In this document: positions 53,692 to 64,000 of the stretch, piece by piece
Numbering within the stretch: position 1 is the first letter of the stretch
How the letters are laid out: the number at the start of each line of letters is the position of its first letter
Source: Tubiluchus corallicola
Taxonomy: Eukaryota; Animalia; Priapulida
NCBI GenBank assembly: GCA_030141605.1
Contig: JAQGDQ010000036.1
Span: 952,242 to 1,016,241 of the forward strand
Direction: 5' to 3'
DNA: 64,000 nt
Translations under genes and position numbers: made by a program
Notes under the pieces: model-generated
What the model saw: the letters and a program-made list of their open reading frames with translations, nothing else
Told to the model about the DNA's origin: nothing
The model's database searches: none

Positions 53692-54332
53692 GTGAGTTAT
53701 GCAAATAGTTTTTGTTTGATGTTAATGGGGAGTTAGTAATGTGCTACAGGTCTGTTATGACATGAAATGCAATGCTGGCAGGGGAATACAGTAGACTTCT
53801 CGGGTGTGCATGTGAACGTGGCTTTATCTAGCACAAACTCGCATTCTGACCTTGTGTTAGTAAAAGCCACTAGTCACGTGCACACCTGAGCTTATAAAAA
53901 GGTCTGCTGCAGACCCTTGTCAGTGGTCGAGTCTTTCGTAGCATGTGCAGCTCTGTTCACATTTCTCAGGCTTTTCTCGCAAACTCTGTTCCTGTAGGTA
54001 AGCTGGTCGTTTAACGTGTAATATTCAATAATAAATTGTCATTTCGACTGATTCTATTATTCAATTTTTGTTTATGGGTGAGGTATTGAATGACATAATT
54101 AAGATATGCCGCACGGTGTGGGCCGTTGTGCCATCCGTACTGCCTCCGCTATGAGTGGACGGCAGTCCAATATATTCTAGCATTTTCAAATTGTTTAGAA
54201 AATCTTCAACAAATACTAAAAATTTAATTTTTTAACCCCTTGCCCACTTTTCTGGCTAGAAGCTAGTACTATAATTGTAAAAAATCGTATTTTCAAACTC
54301 CAACTGTAACTCATGGAAGCAGTCATTTTGCT

Positions 54333-54579
54333 CAAATATGGTCATTAATCCTGGATTGAGGAGAACTGGCAAAAAATAAAAAATTCTCCTCAATCCAGCA
54401 TTAATAACTATATTTGTGCCTCTGGTCACAAACCTGATTTTAATAATTTCAGCATTGTGACCAGAGCTACAAATAACAGGGACTTACTAATAAAAGAAAG
54501 CTTATCTATTTACCTTAATAAGCCTTCTCTTAATGTACAAAGCAGTTCAATTCCTTTATCTTTACTTTTAAACACTTAG
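54333..54579 (+). mobile_element. Penelope-like element 3' fragment (GIY-YIG C-terminus) with inverted 5' piece
   Basis: PQSSINNYICASGHKPDFNNFSIVTRATNNRDLLIKESLSIYLNKPSLNVQSSSIPLSLL matches the PLE endonuclease tail (H..F..F.I...L.IKESL.I...KPSLN); 54333-54365 is an inverted copy of 54384-54416. Confidence 0.8.
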
Positions 54580-54586
54580 CTATTTG

Positions 54587-55968
54587 TTACTGTATCAATT
54601 TATTTTCATCAGGTCTGCTTAATCGTTACGTGTTTGGCTTTTGTGAATACCTAGTTAGTGCATAATTTACTGTATCAATTTCTTTACTGGTCTGCTTATT
54701 CGTTACCTTTTTGGCTTTTGTAAATACATAATTAGTGCATAATTTACTGTATCAATTTCTTTACTGGTCTGCTTATTTGTTACCTTTTTGGCTTTTGTAA
54801 ATACATAATTATTGCATAATTTACTGTATCAATTTCTTTACTGGTCTGCTTATTCGTTACCTTTTTGGCTTTTGTAAATACATAATTATTGCATAATTTA
54901 CTGTATCAATTTCTTTACTGGTCTGCTTATTCGTTACCTATTTGGCTTTTGTGGATACATAATTATTGCATAATTTACTGTATCAATTTCTTTACTGGTC
55001 TGCTTATTCGTTACCTATTTGGCTTTTGTGGATACATAATTATTGCATAATTTACTGTATCAATTTCTTTACTGGTCTGCTTATTCGTTACCTTTTTGGC
55101 TTTTGTAAATACATAATTATTGCATAATTTACTGTATCAATTTCTTTACTGGTCTGCTTATTCGTTACCTATTTGGCTTTTGTGGATACATAATTAGTGC
55201 ATAATTTACTGTATCAATTTCTTTACTGGTCTGCTTATTCGTTACCTATTTGGCTTTTGTAAATACATAATTAGTGCATAATTTACTGTATCAATTTCTT
55301 TACTGGTCTGCTTATTCGTTACCTTTTTGGCTTTTGTAAATACATAATTATTGCATAATTTACTGTATCAATTTCTTTACTGGTCTGCTTATTCGTTACC
55401 TATTTGGCTGTTGTAAATACATAATTAGTGCATAATTTACTGTATCAATTTCTTTACTGGTCTGCTTATTCGTTACCTATTTGGCTTTTGTAAATACATA
55501 ATTAGTGCATAATTTACTGTATCAATTTCTTTACTGGTCTGCTTATTCGTTACCTATTTGGCTTTTGTAAATACATAATTAGTGCATAATTTACTGTATC
55601 AATTTCTTTACTGGTCTGCTTATTCGTTACCTATTTGGCTTTTGTGGATACATAATTATTGCATAATTTACTGTATCAATTTCTTTACTGGTCTGCTTAT
55701 TCGTTACCTATTTGGCTTTTGTAAATACATAATTAGTGCATAATTTACTGTATCAATTTCTTTACTGGTCTGCTTATTCGTTACCTATTTGGCTTTTGTA
55801 AATACATAATTAGTGCATAATTTACTGTATCAATTTCTTTACTGGTCTGCTTATTCGTTACCTATTTGGCTTTTGTGGATACATAATTAGTGCATAATTT
55901 ACTGTATCAATTTCTTTACTGGTCTGCTTATTCGTTACCTATTTGGCTTTTGTAAATACATAATTAGT
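54587..55968. repeat. Satellite array, about 18 copies of a 77-bp unit
   Basis: tttactgtatcaatttctttactggtctgcttattcgttacctatttggcttttgtaaatacataattagtgcataa; first copy is the most diverged. Confidence 0.97.
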
Positions 55969-56984
55969 ATACCTATTGCAACCCTTAATAAGCTTATACT
56001 TTGTACACTCGCCACCTATGCTGAACTTGCCCCTTGCCACCTCGCCATACTACTCCGAACAATAATGTCACATTGGACAACATTCCATTACAACCATGTT
56101 ACTTAGTTTAAAAAGACCGTGGATACAAAAAAAAACAAAGCTTGTGTCATTCTCTCGCCACTGTAACAGTGTGGTCCTAAGAGCATGTGTTTAAACTGGA
56201 TATTTTTTCTCTTTCTGAACAGCTGTACATTCTTTATCTTAGCTTTCATTTGCATTTGGATTTTAAACGGCAGGCAGAAATGACTTGCAGAAGTGGCAAA
56301 TATATCGAAAAAATTGGATCCAAGTCTAATTCAATTTGATTTCAATTTTGAGACCTTACTATCCTTCAAAATACTACCCAAAACACTTTTTGAAAATAAA
56401 AATGCAATCGTATTTAACTTGTTCTGTAATTTAGTTTTATTTTATGTTTAAAAATGCGTGTCTCTTTATATTACATGTTCAAAGGTATTTTAGAATTCAA
56501 TTTAATATTTTTGATTAAAGGTTGCATTTATTTGTATTGTCTATGTCTATGTTAGTTTTGGGTGTAGTTTTTAATGGTTAGTCGCTTAATTTAGTTTGAT
56601 TCACAAAATGTAAATACAAATCGTCAACAACTCGTAACCAAGTATTTTATGCTTAGGCTGGAATTGTAGTAAAATTTTTAAATAAAATAAATGAAGTCCC
56701 CTTGTTCATTGAAAGTCAATTACTACATTAAATCAGTTTTATCTTCACTTTTAAGGAAGATGCTTCACAATCTTTAACCACTGATAACAACTGGCAGGTT
56801 ACTCATAATATTCAATGTTTTTCTGATTTTCAGTGAATATTCCTACATACAGAACAACTGCTTATAGATCCATTTTTCCCTCAAAACACTATTTCTAAGA
56901 AAAAACTGTTTGCTTAGTTAAGCAAGTAGTGAGGGAGTGAGTAAGTAACTAAGTATGCAAGCGAGGGAATAAGCAAGTAAATAA

Positions 56985-57027
56985 GTGAGTGAGTGAGTGA
57001 GTGAGTGAGTGAGTAAGTGAGTGAGTG

Positions 57028-57061
<34 letters not shown>

Positions 57062-57066
57062 CAAGC
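56985..57066. repeat. Compound tetranucleotide microsatellite (GTGA)n(GTAA)n(GCAA)n
   Basis: Direct inspection. Confidence 0.9.
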
Positions 57067-57296
57067 AAACAGGTAAGCTGGGCAAGCAAGCAAGCAACTT
57101 CCCTGCTAACTACAACTTCACCTGCTTTAAAAGAATGTTGACAGATGTCTTCTTTCACTAACAATTATATAATATACAAGAATAGCATTTTCTCTGGACC
57201 TGTATTCATATTTTTGCTTTTCTAACTGTAGCTTCTGATCTTGAGTGATTTTGTTTGAGGCTGAACGTGTAAAGACATCACACACTAATCACTCAC

Positions 57297-57498
57297 TTAT
57301 CACTAGAATGTTCAATGCTCAATCCAAGTTTCTTTCTCATAGACTCCATATAATGTGTTTGAAATTCTGGTTCATACAGGTCTAGCAAAGGACGAGACTC
57401 AGATAAAGGAAGAGCACCTTGGATGGCTTCACCAAACTTCTTCAAGTTCCAGTAGCAAATTTCAGGTTGTTTGTTGTAAGCGTATCTTCCACCTTCAT
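57297..57498 (-). CDS. SELENOO: Selenoprotein O (protein adenylyltransferase), last exon found
   Basis: (D)EGGRYAYNKQPEICYWNLKKFGEAIQGALPLSESRPLLDLYEPEFQTHYMESMRKKLGLSIEHSSD; ag/gtgagt, phase 1/2. Confidence 0.95.
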
Positions 57499-58964
57499 CT
57501 AATTACAAACAGAACATCAACGTGAATGGTTGCAGGTTTTATACAAAAGCTAGATGAAGCCATTGATAACAAATGCTAAACGTATTTTGTCAACCAACAG
57601 TTTTAGGATTGTTAAATGTCAAAATAAATCGATAACTGTGATTTTTATTTATTACTTGTGTAATGTGTAGGCTATTATTTGCTATGTAAGCCACCAGCAA
57701 AGCAAAACATATCAATACATATTCTGATTCACTGTGCCATCTCACAAGTTAATATGTAAACAACGTAATTAGCCTATTACAAATTAAACACCTTGCGTTA
57801 TCAATTGCTTTGGCTGCTAGCAATGCCTGTACCAAATCAACTGCTGCTCACTGCACTGATTGAGACATATTTACAGTACACTCTACAGCTGCATTTCGAA
57901 TTACTTCACATCATTTTTATCTGCATATGGTCAAGCGAGTGCTAATTTGCTAAGTATCGTTGACTCAGATAATCAATGGCTCAGATTATCGTTGGGTGCT
58001 CTTTGGTGATAGACATATCATAATGAAAAATATCACAATGCATCTACACATCTGTGTGTTCGTAACAGGCGTATACATTAGTGTTAATACATTCACTAAG
58101 TTGTGAAAATTTACTGAATAAATTCCAGTGAATTAGTAAATAACATAAATAAGCTTTTGTAAGAAGCATATTTCCTTATTTTTAACTGCTGGCAAGCTTT
58201 CTTTCCGCTTACACAAAATTTCTCCACCCAAAACCGAACGAAATATTCAAACAGCGCCGACGAGGTTCAAAATTAAATCACTGCTACAGAATGCGTATCA
58301 ATTGACTAACAAAATGCAACAACTTTTTTCTAACCAGGCCTATTTTATAGATGTTCCCTATATGTTAACTTGTTACCTTAACCGATTTCACAGACTGCAC
58401 AAACGTATTGTCAGTGTGGATGGTTTTGACTTAGAGTCAATGCTACAGTCATTTACACAGCAAGAATCATGTTTCCATTAGAGCAAATTATGTTTCCTAG
58501 TACCTACGCACGTATCTTCACTATTTTGTATTAGATGACAAAAATTATCCACACATCGTAGTTTACCTAAGTGGTCCATAGAATATGATACACTGCACAC
58601 TGAAAGGCACGCAAAGCTATCAATTTATTTACATGTACAGAAGGACGCGTCAACAAACTAAACCATACCTTGTTGGAAAGAACTTAAAAGTGACTAACTA
58701 TTGTGACTTGAGTTACATTGCTAATCTGAATAGTCTTTTCAGACGAGGTTTACTGTACTGCGTGTAGTATGCAATAATTACAACTATTATTCCTTTATGA
58801 TCAATAAAATGATCAGTTATTACACACAGATATCCAGACAGTGAAATACCTCATTACATTACAGCATTCAATTACAAAAAGGAACGTGTATGAATATTGA
58901 TGTCACAACAAATTACAGCAAGGCCAAAAACATCAGATAACCAGACAGTGAAATTGAGTAATAC

Positions 58965-59068
58965 CAGAGCCATTGCAAATGTGAGATGAATTGTAACTAT
59001 CCATAAATCCGAATGGTCCGTAATCAATTGTAAGCCCCAAAATGCTCATATTGTCTGTATTCAAGACC
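58965..59068 (-). CDS. SELENOO: SELENOO internal exon (catalytic loop)
   Basis: (G)[34 protein letters not shown]; phase 2/1. Confidence 0.97.
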
Positions 59069-59470
59069 CTGAAAAGAAAACAAAATGTCTCTCAATAATA
59101 TCACAAAGTGAATATGTATAATGATTATAAAATACAGCAAAATGAACAAAAAAGTTACAATTACACGTATGTAATTTCAGACAATCGCTTGCTAAATCTT
59201 CATTTAAATTTTTCATGTTTTAAAGCATTTAAGTAAACAAACCAAATATTCTAAATGTGAATTTTGAAAATATCCTAAATGAACTTGAGATTACTGAACA
59301 AACTATTAACAGAACCTTTTAGTAATTTTTATATGTGCAATAATTGTCAATAAGTGATATTTGTAAAGCAAAATTTTTTTGTTAAAAAGACTTGGGAAGT
59401 ATTAATAAAAACAACCTAATTTTGGCAAAGTATGACTGGTTACTATAAAAGGGAGACATCGGTGCATTAC

Positions 59471-59586
59471 CCATGGCAAAATCCAACGCACTGCCATTTG
59501 GCAACAAGTTTTGCTGTCAGCAAGATCACCTGCTTATAAAATTCTAAATATTGCTCAGTCGGGTTATCTTTGTGGTTGTCATAAAT
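59471..59586 (-). CDS. SELENOO: SELENOO internal exon
   Basis: IYDNHKDNPTEQYLEFYKQVILLTAKLVAKWQCVGFCH(G); phase 0/2. Confidence 0.96.
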
Positions 59587-59684
59587 CTGAAATGAATATC
59601 ACTATTAATAGTGCAAAAACTCACAATTACTTAAACAATTTCTGATAACAAACTCAAAACACAGGAAATACGAAATTAGAATAT

Positions 59685-59750
59685 AGATTGGATTTGAACC
59701 ACAGACCTTCTGCATACAAAGCAGGCACCTTAGACTACTGGGCCACCATA
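59685..59750 (-). pseudogene. tRNA-like sequence (tRNA pseudogene or SINE head) in a SELENOO intron
   Basis: ggtggcccagtagtctaaggtgcctgctttgtatgcagaaggtctgtggttcaaatcca: A and B boxes and an anticodon arm with TGT, but no convincing acceptor stem. Confidence 0.55.
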
Positions 59751-60781
59751 TCCCTAGTGATCAGGGCAGTCCAAAGCTCATCCCTTATAGTAAAAACAAA
59801 ATATAATGACACCATGAAAAAACAACTTCTGCAGTTTTATTTAAAATTAAATAATAGCAAACAGAATTGCATTTGTTCTGAGACTTGCACTGACTATGGT
59901 TTTCATGCACGAGCATTGCGGATCTAAAACAACCCACACAAAAATTGTACATTTATTGTTACTGTGTGTTAGGCATACAGTTTTAGGCATCGACTCATTA
60001 TATATTAATAACTCACAAACTATAATATATAGTGTCACAAAACTTACAGGGTATGAAACTGGGGTAGGAGTCCAAACTATGGTATGGTTAAATGTTTATA
60101 GGCCCGAGATACGAACCAAAATGTCAAAGTTAGGACAAACTGCTCATTAGGTAAATCGTACTTGGCCAGGCACAATCAAGTGTTAATTCGTCAATGAGCA
60201 TTCTTGCACAGTGCATACTGCCACTACTCAGACACATATATGATTAAACCCATAGCATAGAGTAATGATTAAACCATAATGGACCAGGAATAGTCAAGTG
60301 ATAAATATACTCAGTCATTCATGGAGATTTGGATCTGAATTTATTTAGTCTTGCTCAGTTCAATAAATTACTTAACACTTAAACGAAAATGTTCAAAGTT
60401 GAAATAAAAGTGTGTATGTAAAACTTAGTCCCACGATAAGATATCATTTTTTCAGGTGAAACACTCTTTTGGAAAAGCAATGTGAAGAAAAATGCATCAT
60501 GACCCCCAGCATTCAAAAGACAAAATACAAAGCCAATAGCCATTTTACAAGTGGTCCCCACATTCCTGACAATTTACACACTTGATAATTCCTGAGAAGG
60601 GCAAGAACTTCACACCCAAGGTCAAACACTGTTACGTCAACAGACATCAAGTTATTCAAAGTATAAATTTAGTCACACTGATTTCAACCATTGCTAAAGC
60701 TCTCAAAACTAATGCATAGTAAATTTAATAGAATGTAAACTCTATTACTACAATATGGTATCATTACATAGACAGACCTAC

Positions 60782-60905
60782 CTCAGGAAAAAAAGTTTGA
60801 ATAGTATAATTCAGCATCTGGACTAGAATATCATTCCTTCCAAAACTAGGTCCTTTGCGACCAGTAATTGGATCCGTTGGAGTAAAAATCTCAAACGAAC
60901 CAAAT
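60782..60905 (-). CDS. SELENOO: SELENOO internal exon
   Basis: (R)FGSFEIFTPTDPITGRKGPSFGRNDILVQMLNYTIQTFFPE; phase 2/0. Confidence 0.96.
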
Positions 60906-62662
60906 CTAGAAAAGATTCATCTCATCCATGAAATGATAGTTTAAGAAATCAGACTGTTATTAAAGAAGTCTGTAACACACACTGTTCGATTCTGCAATAA
61001 CACATCAATTGTCAACAAAATATAGTTTTATCTATTTATCAATTTCATTGTGTATTTATTTGGCAAGTTATGTAGTCCAGTGGTAGAATTCTTGCTGAAT
61101 GGCGTGGATTTGATACTCGCTTCAGGTCGTATCATGCATAAGCCTAGGATGTATATGTATGACGTACATCCAAACTAGAAACTTCTACTGGATCAGTAGC
61201 TCATCGTAGGGGCATACCCTTGATAATAAACTAAGATGTGGTCATGTTACAAATATCTCCTTAATTAGACCCTGCCTCTTGGTGTTTCTGGCATGCAGCA
61301 TGACAAATTGTGTAAAACAACAGCAAATGCTAACATAAACAATATTGGCAACAATCTTTTTATGCGAATACTTCATAGATTCTCGCTATTCTACTATCAC
61401 TTTTCTACTACTATTTTCACTTCTACATATGCAAACAGATTATAAAGTAAGCATTTATAGCAGAAGACATTGTTCCCTATCTGATGTTTTATCTTCCACT
61501 TTTTTGTCAAACATGCTACTATCTGATCAACAGTATCATTCAAATGAATTAATGCTTTTGTCTTTGAACTGCTGCTGTTAGCTTTTTCTTTGCAACATGA
61601 TTTACAATAACATTTGGGCCATTCTTTCTATCATATCTAGCTTTTCTAATATTTAGATTTCTCTCTTTACTACATCCCTGTTTCTATAGTTTAACATAGT
61701 AGTGCCGCTCTACACAGCTCACAACTACCAACTACTACCAATTTGGTTAGAAGAACAAGCTTATTGCTCCCGCTGACTTGTTATTCCAATTTAATACAAC
61801 AATCGGCTCCAACTACTACAACATTCATCAGCTATATATCAAAACATCAAACAGACTTACGTGGCAAACACCGATGCTAAAAAAAGCAATACAGACCATT
61901 TTTGTGCTAATACTTAACAACATGGGTTCATTTATTCATTATAGGATTATCGATTTTGCATGTTGAGCTCATGTGTATTTATATGCTTTTGCATGTAACC
62001 TCATATCTAACCAGATTTAACTGCAATCATTTAAACCAAATGTTGCTGTGATCTGGTGTACTGTAGTTTAATGTTAAATGTTAATAGTTCAAGTTAATAG
62101 AAATGGCTTCAACTGAAGTCTTGAGCACTAATGTTTTCATTTATTTCAAATATCTAGGTTGTAATATTACAAAACTAAAGAACACATTTGGTTATATAGT
62201 GCAAATAAAGTACAATCATAATAAGTTATGTTTCCTGTATGCTAAAATCACAGAGGCAGCTCACACGTCTCTGCTTGCCTTTTTTAAGAGCGAGAGTGAG
62301 TGTTCTGCTCTCTGCCGCACCTCCTCTTTTTTGTAATAGTTATTATGCGTCAGTACATCAAGGAACTACAAAAAAACTAGCTGAATGATTTCTCCAGGTG
62401 TGATGGTTGGAAAGTCTTCATACTACGCCTAGTAGGAACAAGAAATTGTTCCATGTCATATTCTCACAGAAAAAACCTTGAATACGAACTGAAATATACC
62501 AGACTGTAGAAAAAAATCAATAACCCTATAACATGTCATTACAAAATAGATAAAAATTAGCTGCATTTAAATGAAAGACAAAAAAATGATAAAAGTGAAA
62601 CACTGAGCAGGTTAGCTTACAACAACAGAGTAAGTAACTGTTATATGTTTGTGTTAATGTAC

Positions 62663-62808
62663 CTCAGAAATGTAGGTGCTATACGAGATATGATAGTGCA
62701 CTTTTCCATGCTAGGATTGCCATTGTAAAACACATCACGGATGACCTTTGATTCAGATGTGACACATGTGCCTGCTCTTGTTGTTGGAATTCTTAAGTGA
62801 AACATTGC
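62663..62808 (-). CDS. SELENOO: SELENOO internal exon
   Basis: AMFHLRIPTTRAGTCVTSESKVIRDVFYNGNPSMEKCTIISRIAPTFL(R); phase 0/2. Confidence 0.96.
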
Positions 62809-63081
62809 CTAGAAAAACAACCTTTAATAATTTTTGATATGTTGACACAGGATCAGATTTACGTACTGTTAATTGTAAAAAAAAGTACATTTAAGTAACA
62901 TTCTCATACTAAATAGCAAGTAAAGAAATTTCAGACACATGATAAAATAAATTTATTCTAAAACAATAATTGATGTATATTGCATACATTTTTCATGCAC
63001 CCAAGGAGTTACTCAAGGTAATATGGGTTATGGTTAAAAAATACTTTTTGTTCTTGAAATTACAATACAAACATAAAACTA

Positions 63082-63444
<363 letters not shown>

Positions 63445-63877
63445 TTAAGCAACATAGAACTGTACGATATACTTGAATACATAACTAAAGTCTGATAGCT
63501 ATGTATTAGTAAATTTCAATCTTTTTTAGGTGTTAGAGAATCGAAATTGCGACAGTCAAAGTTGGTCCCTCAACTTTTGTGTAAACTTCTCATTGGTCAA
63601 ACTTTTGTTGCACAATGGTGGAACCATTATATCCAAATTTCTTTTTCTATATTGTGTCAATGCGTTGTAATAAGGCTAATGTTGCATTAATTTTTGTACT
63701 AATTCACAAACGTGATTGTATTGTTTGGGCTAAATAAATAAATATTGGTAGCTCCTTATCATTAAAGAGAACAATGTTTGAACTGGCAGTGACCATTTTT
63801 ATGTAATAAAACTTCAACCAATGTTTATCACCAGAAATCAAGTACAACAAAAATTAGGTGAAGCAAATTAGAAAGTC

Positions 63878-63915
<38 letters not shown>

Positions 63916-64000
63916 AGGACTACTATACACAGGACGTGCACGCTCAGATCTCTGATTCCGCCAGCGGAGGCGATCAATACTTGTATGAACGTAATCTATA

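Noticed and set aside
57120-57260. Alternative SELENOO terminal exon (NLKQNHSRSEATVRKAKI*)
   Set aside because: Would need a 36-nt intron, far shorter than the other introns here, and has no SelO similarity.
59685-59750. Functional tRNA-Thr(TGT)
   Set aside because: No acceptor stem pairing or clear poly-T terminator; treated as pseudogene/SINE head.

Overview
AT-rich eukaryotic (most likely invertebrate animal) genomic DNA with GT-AG introns and a heavy repeat load; no prokaryotic features or CRISPR array. Recognisable spliced genes: a Hox-domain ceramide synthase (minus, 2 exons, continues off the left edge), PIP4K2 (plus, exons 1-3 only), SUCLA2 (plus, exons 1-2 only) and SELENOO (minus, 6 internal exons, 3' part with the Sec codon and SECIS not found). 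Two uncharacterised minus-strand coding blocks at 11.1-16.4 kb can be spliced in frame into one 655-aa protein. The rest is decayed LINEs (CR1/L2-like, RTE-like, a CCHC-ending element), a Gypsy protease relic, a Penelope-like GIY-YIG fragment, tRNA-derived SINEs, hAT/Tc1/Kolobok-like MITEs, Helitron-like 3' ends, satellites (30, 35, 56, 71, 77, 88 bp units) and microsatellites. The most important observation is technical: 31404-31447 matches back-to-back Oxford Nanopore ligation adapter sequence, so the window is very probably chimeric there, which explains the truncated PIP4K2. A second probable misjoin lies in the 77-bp array between the two truncated, converging genes SUCLA2 and SELENOO. 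I found no convincing new biological system; the best biological leads are the orphan coiled-coil gene, a G-U-biased intronic hairpin and an orphan CpG-rich first exon.
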